A DNA stretch of 64,000 nt from Anaeroplasma bactoclasticum (GTDB taxonomy: Bacteria; Bacillota_I; Bacilli_A; Acholeplasmatales; Anaeroplasmataceae): positions 2,762-66,761 of the forward strand of contig JAMPGQ010000002.1 of assembly GCA_023663825.1 (NCBI GenBank), given 5' to 3'. Shown piece after piece: positions 18,811 to 28,582 of the stretch. A program made the position numbers and the translations under genes. Positions within the stretch are counted from its first letter, which is position 1. Each line of letters opens with the position of its first letter. A model generated the notes under the pieces. The model did no database searches, was not told where the DNA came from, and was given only the letters and a program-made list of their open reading frames with translations.

Positions 18811-21243
18811 TTAAAGATTGTCATCATTCACATATACACGCTGCTGGCCATATGCTCCATACCTTCTAGGAGTATCAATTCTTCGCCATCCATCTACCTT
18901 CAAAATGCATTCGCCTATATATTTTGCCATGGGTTTTGTCAAATCAGCTTTAGGCTTATCCATCATTATGCACCATATTTCTAAAGGACATATCTTATCT
19001 CGTTTACTAAAAAATTTATATTCTGAGACTCTGTAGTCTAATGTTGCCTGATAATAGGACTTTTGGTCTTCTATTGACATATCAAACCAACCTTTAGGAA
19101 TATCCATTTCTAAGTAGTTTTCTATAAGGCCCACCATAGTAGATACCTGTGAGTGATTCTCCTGCATCTCACGTGCTTTTCTACTAACATCCTCAGATAG
19201 AACCATTATGTTTTCGCCAGCTTGATATATCTCTTTAGCTTCGGCCCATACTTGATCTATCATCATTTTGTCTAGGTCTTCCCACATTGATTTTGTATGA
19301 TTCTCTGTGCAATCTGCTATCCAGAATCTACGACCACCTGTAGCATCATCTAAGAAATCTACATCGTTTGTTGTTCCTATGAATATACACTGTCTAGGAT
19401 TATCAGAAACATACCGATTAAAGGCTTTTCTATAAGTATCCTTACGTTTACTCACATAAGACTTAATCTGCTCTCTATCGGCTTTTTTGAACGCACCCAG
19501 TTCTGGGATTTCCATTATCCAAACTCCATCAAGAGCCTCATAGGCTTCTTTCCCTTTTACATCACTTAAGGAATCAGAAAACCAATCATTCGCTAAAATG
19601 TTGAACAAAGTAGATTTACCTATTCCTTGCGGCCCAACAAGAGTTAAAATTTGGTCGAATTTGCATCCAGGCTCATATATCCTCGCTACTGCAGCAGCTA
19701 AGGTCTTACGAGTAATTTCCCTAATATACTCATTATCAGGGCACCCAAGATAGTCAATCAAAAGAGAATCTACTCGTTTTACTCCATCCCAAATAAGACC
19801 ATCTAGATAATCCTTAACTGGATGAAACTGTCTAGAGGTAAAAACTACAGATACTGCATCTTCTAAATTGCTTCTATGAATGACCTTATAATGAGATTCT
19901 ATGTAATGCCTTAAATTGGATGAATCATCATCTGTCCAAGCAGACTTGAATCTATCCCAGGGAAGTTTTTGCATCACTTCGTACCTACCTGTAAATTGGT
20001 TAAGACCTCCTAGTCCCTTTAAATTTGGATCATGTTCCAAAATCATTACAAAGTTATCAATAGTAGATTTGATTTCTCCGTTATTAGGACCTGATGTATT
20101 TCGCTCTAAATCCTTTATGAAGACCATAGAGGCCTTAAATTCGTCTTCTGTCGTGTCTTCAGTGATTTCCCCATCAAATTCTTTAAGTGCATCCTCTAAG
20201 CGCTCCTCGGCCAAAATTTCGGTAGTTCTAGCATCCTTTTTACAAAATTCCATCATAGCAGTCCAAGAAGGAAGCTTGTTTACAGGTGTTCCTGGCTTAG
20301 TTTCCTCATCAAGGTCACTAAATAGATTGATTCTAACTAAGTCAAATGCGTTTACTAACTGCTTAGATATTGGGTCTGTAGAGTGATTGCTATAGGCGAA
20401 CTTATCTTCATATACAACTACTCCAGCAGCAGTGGAGCCCCCTTTATATGTGTATCTTCCTCCAGCAGCTTCTTCATAAATATCAGATAAGAATTCCTGT
20501 ATTACCTCCCCAATTGTGTAGGCCTTACAAAAGGCTCCTATCAACCCTTCCTTTTCATAAGGGTCCTGCTGCTTCTTTATAAGCTTCTTCTGTAGTGTGG
20601 CCTCTCTTGAAGATGTAGGCCAAAAGGATATATCACTCCAATCCTGATACTCATCCAAGATATGTTGTCCATCTAAGGGTTTACCATCTTGAAACTCAAA
20701 TACGTATTCTGCGTCCTTAGCAGTTGACGGCCAAAACATTAATCTTGTTGGCTGATAAGTTGTATCATCAAATATTTCAATGCCTATCTTATCAGCAATC
20801 TTTCTTGCTATGGCCTCATACTCTTCTGGACCAACAGGTTTAACTAAAGGAATAAGAACTCTATATCTTGGTGTTGTTGGTGCATGCTTATGTGTAGAAT
20901 ACATAACAACTGCAGTATTAGGTAGAGCCTTCGTAATAGTCTTCCATATATCCTTGCTTCCATAGTCTATGTCTAGCGTAATAATTTGCCTGTTTAAAAC
21001 ATACCCGTTGGACCTCTTTCCATCTTTAAGGTGTCCTCCTACAAAGCCTCCAACATCCTTTATATTGGCTTGATCATCTTTATTCATCTTAAGATAATCT
21101 GAATATAACTCATGAGTTCTATGTGTATTTGCCACTCGATTTACAAGTTTACTCCAGGAAGTCGTTCTGTTACGCCATGTGATTTCTTTTCTGCTTCTTC
21201 CTGTTGCTATATTTAATTCGATATCATTTTTTACCTCTACCAT
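18811..21243 (-). CDS. phage DNA primase/helicase (N-terminal primase-like region plus C-terminal VirE/D5-like P-loop NTPase)
   Basis: Walker A VGPQGIGKSTLFNIL and Walker B-like IMEIPELG. 810 aa, immediately next to the iterons. Confidence 0.55.
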   Translation of the reverse strand: MVEVKNDIELNIATGRSRKEITWRNRTTSWSKLVNRVANTHRTHELYSDYLKMNKDDQANIKDVGGFVGGHLKDGKRSNGYVLNRQIITLDIDYGSKDIWKTITKALPNTAVVMYSTHKHAPTTPRYRVLIPLVKPVGPEEYEAIARKIADKIGIEIFDDTTYQPTRLMFWPSTAKDAEYVFEFQDGKPLDGQHILDEYQDWSDISFWPTSSREATLQKKLIKKQQDPYEKEGLIGAFCKAYTIGEVIQEFLSDIYEEAAGGRYTYKGGSTAAGVVVYEDKFAYSNHSTDPISKQLVNAFDLVRINLFSDLDEETKPGTPVNKLPSWTAMMEFCKKDARTTEILAEERLEDALKEFDGEITEDTTEDEFKASMVFIKDLERNTSGPNNGEIKSTIDNFVMILEHDPNLKGLGGLNQFTGRYEVMQKLPWDRFKSAWTDDDSSNLRHYIESHYKVIHRSNLEDAVSVVFTSRQFHPVKDYLDGLIWDGVKRVDSLLIDYLGCPDNEYIREITRKTLAAAVARIYEPGCKFDQILTLVGPQGIGKSTLFNILANDWFSDSLSDVKGKEAYEALDGVWIMEIPELGAFKKADREQIKSYVSKRKDTYRKAFNRYVSDNPRQCIFIGTTNDVDFLDDATGGRRFWIADCTENHTKSMWEDLDKMMIDQVWAEAKEIYQAGENIMVLSEDVSRKAREMQENHSQVSTMVGLIENYLEMDIPKGWFDMSIEDQKSYYQATLDYRVSEYKFFSKRDKICPLEIWCIMMDKPKADLTKPMAKYIGECILKVDGWRRIDTPRRYGAYGQQRVYVNDDNL

Positions 21244-21267
21244 AAAATGATACCTTCCTTTCTGCTT

Positions 21268-23283
21268 CTAATCCTTCATATAATATGGTGTGTGATACCC
21301 TTCTGCATTAAGAATAAGTCCTTTCATCCAAGGCTCGCTTTCTCCCATGATAGCCCTAACGTTTTCCAATTCTTTAGGAACATCAGAACTAATTGGAATC
21401 TCCACGATTACCTCATCATGAACATGAAACTTAATATTATATCCTTTGGCATTTAATCTAAGCATTGCCTTTGCCAAGCAATCTCTTGCTGTTGCCTGAA
21501 CTATATTTTCAACAATCTTACCACCATATGTGCTCTCCCATACTTCTGTTCCTCTATCGGAAATGTCAATAAACTCAATTTTCTTTTGCTTAATTCTGCA
21601 CTTGCGGTACTTAATCCATCTTCCTGATGGAAGTGTGATATATAAGTCGCCTTTTACCATCTTCATCTTACACTGATTTGTTTCAAATATCTTACCTGGA
21701 TTTCCTATAGCATCTAGACATGCTTCTTCTATATTAGACCACATCTTAACAATTTTAGGATTTGCTGCTCTCCATTTTTTCAATATGGATTCCTTATCTG
21801 CAGAGGACAATTCGTTTTTGAAATCCATTGCAGATAGGGCATTCACACCACCCTGGTAACCTAGAGCAAGTTCAGCTACTTTCCCTTTAGCACGTAGTTC
21901 TGAGTTTACTCCATGTTTCTCTACAGGAACTCCATACATTTGAGATGCAGAGGCACAGTAGATGTCTCCATTTTTAGCAAATACATCCATACGCCAGTGC
22001 TCTTCAGCTAGCCATGATATAACTCTTGCTTCTATAGCAGAATAGTCACAGACGATTAATACGTGTCCCTCTTTGGCTATGAATGTTGTTCGTATGAGCT
22101 GCGAAAGAACATCTGGAACATTTAAGAAGCAATCTTCTAATGTATCAAAGTCATTCTTAATAACTAGATTTCTAGCTAGATTTAGCCATTTTAATTCCAT
22201 ATGGTTCTTAGGCAAATTATGTAACTGTACTATACGGCCAGCCCATCTTCCTGTGTGTGCAGCACCATAATACATGAGCATTCCTTTCACAGTACCATCA
22301 GAACATACACTCTCAAGCATGGCATCATATTTAGCCAGGCTAGATTTAGAAAGAGAATTCTTAAGCACCATAACCTCTTTCACAAGTTCATTGCTTGTGC
22401 TATTAATAATGCTATCTCTAGTTTCCTTATCAATGCAATCAGTGGATATGCCTTGTTTAGATAGCCAATCCATAAGTTGGATATTAGAGTTGGGATTTTC
22501 TAGTCCTGTTAGTTCTACTAAGCGGTCTATTGTTTTGTCCTGGTGACTCACATTGTAATTTGAGATATTTTTAGGCATGCGCTCTTCTATTAAAACACCT
22601 GCAGCATTTGACTTCTGATCTAACTCCCAAATTAGATGTTCTGTTGGATGAACCTTAGGCATTTCCATAAGTCTTGTAAAACATTCATGTTCTGCAATAA
22701 CATCCTGTTTGCAATACTCAACAAATAAATTCCACTTAGCCATATCATGCCAAGACTGATTACGCATTCTACCACCATTTTTTAACGTGGGCTTACAAGG
22801 CCTACAGAAGAATTGAATTAAAGACTTGCCTACTTTTAATTTTTGGGTATCCTCGGGAAGTCCTAAAGCCTTACCTAAATTCTCTAAACTTCTAGGATAG
22901 CCATGTATTGATGCGAGATTGGCTGAACACATCCACTCTTTAGGATTGATATGCTTATTTTTAAATACTAGCGCTGCAGGTCCTAAAGCTTTTCCATCAT
23001 GCAAATACTTTTCAAAGCACGTCATTTCAAAATTAGCATTATGGGCCACTTTGGTGATATTAGGGTCTACAAGTGCTTGCATTAAATTATGCCATTCTGC
23101 TGAGCGATTGACTTCTTCTATAATTTTAACTGGATTTTCCTCAATATCGAAATCCGTCTCATAAGCATAGGCAATCAATAAAATTTCAAAAGAAGGGTCG
23201 TCCACATATCTATGAACGCCCACCTTCTTTATATCAGCATCAGAGTAAGTTTCGATATCAATATGTAATATCTTCTTCTCCAT
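21268..23283 (-). CDS. family A DNA polymerase with 3-5 exonuclease domain
   Basis: Exonuclease motif HIDIETYS. Pol A motif A DYSAIEARVISW, motif B RAKGKVAELALGYQGG and motif C HVHDEVIVE. Confidence 0.8.
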   Translation of the reverse strand: MEKKILHIDIETYSDADIKKVGVHRYVDDPSFEILLIAYAYETDFDIEENPVKIIEEVNRSAEWHNLMQALVDPNITKVAHNANFEMTCFEKYLHDGKALGPAALVFKNKHINPKEWMCSANLASIHGYPRSLENLGKALGLPEDTQKLKVGKSLIQFFCRPCKPTLKNGGRMRNQSWHDMAKWNLFVEYCKQDVIAEHECFTRLMEMPKVHPTEHLIWELDQKSNAAGVLIEERMPKNISNYNVSHQDKTIDRLVELTGLENPNSNIQLMDWLSKQGISTDCIDKETRDSIINSTSNELVKEVMVLKNSLSKSSLAKYDAMLESVCSDGTVKGMLMYYGAAHTGRWAGRIVQLHNLPKNHMELKWLNLARNLVIKNDFDTLEDCFLNVPDVLSQLIRTTFIAKEGHVLIVCDYSAIEARVISWLAEEHWRMDVFAKNGDIYCASASQMYGVPVEKHGVNSELRAKGKVAELALGYQGGVNALSAMDFKNELSSADKESILKKWRAANPKIVKMWSNIEEACLDAIGNPGKIFETNQCKMKMVKGDLYITLPSGRWIKYRKCRIKQKKIEFIDISDRGTEVWESTYGGKIVENIVQATARDCLAKAMLRLNAKGYNIKFHVHDEVIVEIPISSDVPKELENVRAIMGESEPWMKGLILNAEGYHTPYYMKD

Positions 23284-23831
23284 TATAGGTCATCGTCTTC
23301 ATCAAATTCATCTGCAAAATCATCTTCTGCAGAAGCTGCACCAGATAGTCTTTCTCCGTCTTTTGTTTTTAGAACATTATTTAGAGAAAAGGATACACCT
23401 TTGCTTCCTTTGTCATAGGCAAATGCAGAAACTGAAATCTTAGCATACATTCCTGAATAAACTGAATCCTCATCAGTTAGAGGCTCCCTATGAGTATTGA
23501 TGACCTGAGGCTTACGCTTAGATCTAGCATTGATATACCACATACCAGCATACGCTGAATCCTCACTATCTACATCATCACCATCTTTAATAGGGCTTTC
23601 AATCTTCCGAACATCCTTGTCAGTCCACTTTAATTCCTTCTTGCCGTCCTCTAAGGCTTGCTGAAAGGCTTTGTTTAAAAGATTGTAAGTTTCCTTATCC
23701 GTCTTAGGAAATAAGAATGCAGTACCATATTTACCCTCATCCATTTCTCCCTCTTTACCAGGCTCTAATAACTTTGCATATGAAAGTCTGCCCTCATTTG
23801 TTATAACTTTTGTTCCATCAATTTTTGCCAT
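23283..23831 (-). CDS. phage ssDNA-binding-like protein (DUF2815-like) with acidic C-terminal tail
   Basis: N-terminus MAKIDGTKVITNEGRLSYAKLLEP. C-terminus DDFADEFDEDDDL, an SSB-like tail. Confidence 0.45.
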   Translation of the reverse strand: MAKIDGTKVITNEGRLSYAKLLEPGKEGEMDEGKYGTAFLFPKTDKETYNLLNKAFQQALEDGKKELKWTDKDVRKIESPIKDGDDVDSEDSAYAGMWYINARSKRKPQVINTHREPLTDEDSVYSGMYAKISVSAFAYDKGSKGVSFSLNNVLKTKDGERLSGAASAEDDFADEFDEDDDL

Positions 23832-23851
23832 TTTTAATTTCCTCCTTCATA

Positions 23852-24310
23852 TTATTTTAAATCATCAGCAAAATCATCTACTGCACTATTCAAGGCTAGT
23901 GCTGGCCTCTTGTCACTAATTGGTGCTATGGTAGGCTTTCCCTGAGGCTTTTCGATAAACTTGCCATACTTTTCAGTAAACTCTCTCTTACCAACTAACT
24001 TTTCAAGATTGGTAAGAGTTTCTATTTCAGGCGCTCTGAAAATTGCTGCCTCTTGATACCCGTCTGCTTTTAGCGTTTTAACTAGTTCATCTGTATTGAC
24101 TAACTTACGATTAGATTTACCCTCAACTACCTTAAAGCCCTCAAATGTTGTATCAGTCTCTAGCATTTGCTTTAAAGCGTATGCTTCTACATCCTCAACG
24201 AATTTCTTTACAGATGGGCCAACCTCTAAGATGAGGGTAATCTGTTCTCTGGATAAAACCTGTGGGGCAGGAAGCCTGTCCATTTGTGCAATTGTAGGAA
24301 TAATTTCCAT
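23852..24310 (-). CDS. hypothetical replication-module protein with acidic C-terminal tail (DDFADDLK)
   Basis: 152-aa ORF sharing the DDFAD tail motif with the downstream SSB-like gene. Confidence 0.3.
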   Translation of the reverse strand: MEIIPTIAQMDRLPAPQVLSREQITLILEVGPSVKKFVEDVEAYALKQMLETDTTFEGFKVVEGKSNRKLVNTDELVKTLKADGYQEAAIFRAPEIETLTNLEKLVGKREFTEKYGKFIEKPQGKPTIAPISDKRPALALNSAVDDFADDLK

Positions 24311-25095
24311 TATAGTTCTTCATCTCCTTTCTGAATAAGTTTCATAATAGGTGCAAGGAGTTGCTTGCCACGTTCTAAACACATAGCTCTACCTTCACAC
24401 CATCTACATTGTTCTACTCCTGGATGATATTCAATTTTTCCACTATAAATCTTCCTAGCAGCCTCTCCTACATCATCTACCCAATCGAACAATTCTTGAA
24501 TAGATAATTCATAACTTGTAAATTCATCCATTCTAACCTGGGCAACATGGAGTACTATGGTTTCGATATCGTAGAGTGTATCATACTGATTAAGTGCACC
24601 TACAGCGTACAACATTAACTGTGGATTTTGATAGGCAGAAACTGCTACTCCTTTACCATACTTTAAATCCACTATATGAAGTTCTTTTTCAGTAAGAATA
24701 ACAAAATCTCCTGTTCCGAACCCCTCAGGAATAACATTGGAAAAATCTAGTCTTTGTTCAACCTTAACATCAACATTTCCTTTTCCATATTTCCTCACAA
24801 GCCTTCTGTAGAGGTCTCCTACATAGTCCACGTAGTTTCTTACGTAAAAATACATATCCTGATCAAAGGATTTTTGCCTTCTAATTTTAGGACCACCTAA
24901 ATAGATTCCTTTGAGGATTTTTTCAGCCATTGCATGGGCTTCTGTTCCCTCTTTGGCATACTCACTTTCTTCCTCTTCTGGTTTTTTATAGTAGTCATTA
25001 AATGCAATAAATCCTCCACAGGATAGCCACGCCTTAGCTGCAGAAGCTGATAGTCTTGCGTGTAATTCTGGCATATTAGAATGGCTCTCCATCAA
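24310..25095 (-). CDS. PD-(D/E)xK nuclease, Cas4/DUF2800-like with four Cys residues
   Basis: HIVDLKYGKG matches a D-x-K motif. The N-terminal Cys (WLSCGG) plus C-terminal CRWCEGRAMC resemble the Cas4/AddB-type Fe-S cluster ligands. Confidence 0.55.
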   Translation of the reverse strand: MMESHSNMPELHARLSASAAKAWLSCGGFIAFNDYYKKPEEEESEYAKEGTEAHAMAEKILKGIYLGGPKIRRQKSFDQDMYFYVRNYVDYVGDLYRRLVRKYGKGNVDVKVEQRLDFSNVIPEGFGTGDFVILTEKELHIVDLKYGKGVAVSAYQNPQLMLYAVGALNQYDTLYDIETIVLHVAQVRMDEFTSYELSIQELFDWVDDVGEAARKIYSGKIEYHPGVEQCRWCEGRAMCLERGKQLLAPIMKLIQKGDEEL

Positions 25096-25528
25096 CCAAT
25101 GTTAACATCTCAGTATAGATACGTAGATAATCTTTCTCCTGGATTTGATTAACTTTTTCATAACCACAATCCTTTAAGATTTCTCTGTATTCTGCTTGTC
25201 TACCAGCATCGGCTAATTTTCTTGCAATAATGCGGATGTCCTCTAAACCAATTGGTCTTGGTTTTTCAGGAGAAGTTGGAACTTCCTTTTCTACGGGCTC
25301 AGAAATGACCTTTTTAGCCTCTTTAGACTCTTTTCCCAACAACTTTACATCTTCTGCTTTAAAATAGCCTGTAGGCACAGTTTCTCGCACAATTTGACTT
25401 CCTAGTGTATTGACTAGACTTTCTAGCAATGATGCTGTGCGCTCATCAAGGCTAACTACTACTTTTACTTCCATTTTTCTTTTCCTCCTTTGGTAAGTAG
25501 TTTTCAATTGTAATGAATGGAACTCCAA
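25076..25528 (-). CDS. hypothetical phage protein
   Basis: 150-aa ORF. The likely true start is the internal MEVKVVVS. Confidence 0.3.
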   Translation of the reverse strand: MEFHSLQLKTTYQRRKRKMEVKVVVSLDERTASLLESLVNTLGSQIVRETVPTGYFKAEDVKLLGKESKEAKKVISEPVEKEVPTSPEKPRPIGLEDIRIIARKLADAGRQAEYREILKDCGYEKVNQIQEKDYLRIYTEMLTLVDGEPF

Positions 25529-25733
25529 ATTCTAAAAGAGCCATAATTACTCCAGGAAGGTAATTTGAACTAGTCTCAATTTCAAATGTAGACCCGTTCT
25601 CTTTTGTTCCCGTTACTAGCGTCTTCAATATAGAATCCTCCTTCCACCGATAATTTTAAGTAGTAAACTTTTCCATCAATAATAATTGCTGGGACTTCAT
25701 TAATTAAGGTTAGTCTTTCATTAGAAATTGTAA

Positions 25734-25973
25734 TTAATCTATTACTAGTTCCCATAAGCCACTATCTACTTTCACATACTCAAGTCCATCAATTACTCTA
25801 ATTGGTGCTTTGTCTACTACTACCTTTTGTTTAGGTGGTTTCCAGGAATTAAGCATTGCCCAAAGTACTGTTTCCTTTTTCTGTTCAAACCACTTTCTGC
25901 CATATGGATACATCTTCACTAGTTTGTCTATTAAATTCTTCTTTGACTCTGTCATAGCTTGTCCTCCTTCCAA
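25734..25973 (-). CDS. hypothetical phage protein
   Basis: 79-aa ORF. The likely start is MTESKK, preceded by RBS GGAAGGAGGA. Confidence 0.3.
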   Translation of the reverse strand: MEGGQAMTESKKNLIDKLVKMYPYGRKWFEQKKETVLWAMLNSWKPPKQKVVVDKAPIRVIDGLEYVKVDSGLWELVID

Positions 25974-26242
25974 CCTAGACCTCTAAAAGAGGTTTCGTCT
26001 TAATTTTCAAAGACTCATCAGTAGGTTTTATTCTTTTGTTAAGTCCTTCAGTTCTTCCAAACTGATGAGTCCTTTCATAGCACATCTGTATAATGCGTCT
26101 TTAACTAAATCAGCAAATTGATCAAAGGACTTTTCTTTTGATTCAGGAAAGACACATTCAATCCCATCTATATATTCAGTTACTGGCATCTTCCTCACTC
26201 CTTAACCAACTTTATGCTTGTAGGACTTTGTCCTATGGCTTT

Positions 26243-26446
26243 TTATTCTTCAATAACCAGACGGTCTAAAGCCCACTCAAGACATAGCTTAACTATGTTT
26301 GATATTGTTCTATTGGCACCATTTGATGCAGCAACAACCTTCTCCTTTAATTCTGGAGTTATTCTAGCTGTTAACTTTTCAGAGCATACATCCTTGATGG
26401 TATCCAATTTCTTAATTACAAAAACTTCTTTGACTTCATTACTCAT
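26243..26446 (-). CDS. ribbon-helix-helix (Arc/MetJ/CopG-like) DNA-binding protein
   Basis: Start MSNEVKEV with RBS AAGGAGG. RHH-like segment LTARITPELKEKVVAASNGANRTISNIVKLCLEWAL. Confidence 0.4.
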   Translation of the reverse strand: MSNEVKEVFVIKKLDTIKDVCSEKLTARITPELKEKVVAASNGANRTISNIVKLCLEWALDRLVIEE

Positions 26447-26596
26447 ATTTCTTTCCTCCTTGGCACTCTCTTTTCGAGATTGCAAAATTTTGCTTTTTGT
26501 GTTATAATTTGTATTAAGTAGATTGCCTCTTAAAAAGGACGAATTCCAATATCTTTTTCTTTGGCAAAATCATCTACAGATTGGCGGTGTTATATA

Positions 26597-26953
26597 ATGG
26601 GAATTAAAGATGCTCTCAGCTCTCTTAAAAGTAAGGTCGTTGATGCAAATGAATTAAGAAAAGCAAGAAATCTAGCTTCTGATGAATTTGAGAAGCAGAA
26701 TTTCAAATTCCAAAAAACAGATTCAAAATTACCGAGTTCTATATATGGAATTGTAGATGTTGTTAATAATAAATTCATTTGCAGATCAAGTGATGAACTT
26801 AAAGTAGAAACCATCCTAAAAGGAACCCAAAATGGTTCAGTAATCAGGTTCAATGTAGTTACTGTTTATAAAAATCAGCAACAGTTCGACCACAAGATAG
26901 AGGGTGTTGAGCCCTTTCCCCTAGATGTTTGTGACATCCAAATACTCAAGTAG
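26597..26953 (+). CDS. hypothetical protein on the opposite strand (moron-like accessory gene)
   Basis: 119 aa counted from the internal ATG (track ORF 26561..26953). It is the only sizeable plus-strand gene within a long minus-strand block. Confidence 0.35.
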   Translation: MGIKDALSSLKSKVVDANELRKARNLASDEFEKQNFKFQKTDSKLPSSIYGIVDVVNNKFICRSSDELKVETILKGTQNGSVIRFNVVTVYKNQQQFDHKIEGVEPFPLDVCDIQILK

Positions 26954-26961
26954 TAGAGGTA

Positions 26962-27144
26962 CTAAATACCTCTATTTTTTCTTATTTTAGATATATCTCT
27001 AAGTACTACATGAAGAGCATTTATTTCGTGTTCAACTTCTTTTTTTATACTTCTTGAATGTTTCCCATTGATAATATTCTCAAAGTCACTTATTCTTTTC
27101 TTAATAATTGCTTCTAGTTGTTCTAACTCATCATTCATTCTCAT
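26962..27144 (-). CDS. hypothetical small phage protein
   Basis: 60-aa charged helical ORF. Confidence 0.25.
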   Translation of the reverse strand: MRMNDELEQLEAIIKKRISDFENIINGKHSRSIKKEVEHEINALHVVLRDISKIRKNRGI

Positions 27145-27376
27145 ACACCTCCAAAAATTCTACTATGCTGATACCCAGCACCTTTGCCATGTTAGCAATG
27201 TCAACCACTCTAAAATCCCCATTGTTAAAGTTTATGGTTCTATGCATAGTTGACGGGTTCATATTGATTGTTTTGCATAAATCCTTTCTTAGGATTTTTT
27301 TCTTTGCTAAAAGTTCATTAAACTTCTCTTCGTTAAAGTTCATATTCCCTATTTCCTCCTTCTTTTTTAAGTGCAC
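27131..27376 (-). CDS. XRE-family HTH protein (likely start at ATG 27343, MNFNEEKF)
   Basis: HTH segment KKKILRKDLCKTINMNPSTMHRTIN. Operator-like GTGCAC repeats lie just upstream. Confidence 0.4.
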   Translation of the reverse strand: MHLKKKEEIGNMNFNEEKFNELLAKKKILRKDLCKTINMNPSTMHRTINFNNGDFRVVDIANMAKVLGISIVEFLEVYENE

Positions 27377-27390
27377 AAATAGTGCACAAT
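27371..27390. promoter_or_regulatory. operator-like site GTGCACAAATAGTGCACAAT, a second locus of the switch-region operator family
   Basis: It shares the 17-mer GCACAAATAGTGCACAA with the reverse complement of 32699-32717. Confidence 0.45.
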
Positions 27391-27581
27391 TACTTTAAAA
27401 AAATATCTGCACTCACGTTTAATGCTTTGGCTATTAAGCCTAGTTCTGCAGCAGTAAGCTTAGCCTTACCATTAACGATTCGGCCTACTCGATTCCTATG
27501 AATTCCCGTAACCCTTATCACAAACGCCTGGGAGATCCCATGTTCTTCTAAGTATTGCTTAATCTTCTCATTTACTTCCAT
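27390..27581 (-). CDS. XRE-family HTH protein (63 aa)
   Basis: HTH segment ISQAFVIRVTGIHRNRVGRIVNGK. Confidence 0.45.
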   Translation of the reverse strand: MEVNEKIKQYLEEHGISQAFVIRVTGIHRNRVGRIVNGKAKLTAAELGLIAKALNVSADIFLK

Positions 27582-27648
27582 TTCTTAATTCCTCCTCTAT
27601 CATATTTGTGGATATAATAGTTTCATTTATTGGTGCCCTTGATTCCCT

Positions 27649-27888
27649 TCACAAATATATTCTAAGTCTATACCTTTTTATGTATGCACATACTTTTTGC
27701 AAATCCCCTTTATTACGGATATAGGATTCCTGTATCCTCTCGAAAGGAATCAGTGCTCCTTTTTGTAATATCAAGCAGTATGTAGGACAATATCCATCTG
27801 GAACTGCCTTACATTTATTACAACATTCAGAGCAGAAGTCTTGATATGTTTTAATGCACCAATTAGGAATATTACCCACTCCCATCAC
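27649..27888 (-). CDS. Cys-rich hypothetical protein
   Basis: 79 aa with multiple CxxC-like pairs. Confidence 0.3.
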   Translation of the reverse strand: MMGVGNIPNWCIKTYQDFCSECCNKCKAVPDGYCPTYCLILQKGALIPFERIQESYIRNKGDLQKVCAYIKRYRLRIYL

Positions 27889-28157
27889 TTATCACTCCAA
27901 TCTAATTTTTGACCGCAAATAGGACAATATCTATGTAAAGAGCATAATGAATATCGTTTATTATTTAATTGCTCACATCTAGGACAAGTGTATTTTATAT
28001 ATGGCTCCTGTCCTTTTTCTTCATAGTGATTTTCTATTGGTTTGATAGGTGTTTCCTTATTCACTAGTTCTTGTAATGTTTCTACATCCTTATCACCCTG
28101 ATAGTATGCAGCATCACATCCACATAGATTATTTAATGCCTCTTGATAATTATTCAC
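27885..28157 (-). CDS. zinc-ribbon hypothetical protein
   Basis: CGC...CPRC...CPICG motifs. Confidence 0.3.
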   Translation of the reverse strand: MNNYQEALNNLCGCDAAYYQGDKDVETLQELVNKETPIKPIENHYEEKGQEPYIKYTCPRCEQLNNKRYSLCSLHRYCPICGQKLDWSDK

Positions 28158-28465
28158 ACTTCATCACATCTCTTTCTTCTAATTTCAAATGCATAAGAAT
28201 TAGCTATCTTATGAAGTAAATATTCATCTGTCATTGCAGCGGTATCCCCTGTATGATAATAAACAAAATATCCATAAGCTGGTTTGCCATTCCAATCTGT
28301 TTTGACACGAACCTCTTTGACTACTCCTAACTCATAGCTATCTCCATTTTGATATATAACTATTTCTCCAACTTTGAATAATGGTTCACTAGTTATTTCC
28401 TCTGGATTTAACCTCCTAAGCAAATGATTATGACATACTATTTCATTGTTATGTAAATAGCACAT
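28154..28465 (-). CDS. hypothetical phage protein (the frame stays open 39 codons upstream, back to the TAA of the preceding gene)
   Basis: 103 aa from the first ATG. The upstream in-frame stretch is Cys-rich (CIGNGQCSCVDC). Confidence 0.3.
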   Translation of the reverse strand: MCYLHNNEIVCHNHLLRRLNPEEITSEPLFKVGEIVIYQNGDSYELGVVKEVRVKTDWNGKPAYGYFVYYHTGDTAAMTDEYLLHKIANSYAFEIRRKRCDEV

Positions 28466-28582
28466 TGAAGTCCAAGTCCTATTCCAACCTACTTCTTTTT
28501 CACAATCAACACAGGAGCATTGACCATTTCCAATACATTGCTTTACTGTATGACCATTTATAACTACATTTCCTAGTCTCCA

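Noticed and set aside
25581-25754. 57-aa minus-strand ORF (MGTSNRLITISNERL...) between two hypothetical genes
   Set aside because: It has a weak or absent RBS and overlaps the 3-prime end of the upstream gene in another frame. It is not supportable from sequence alone.
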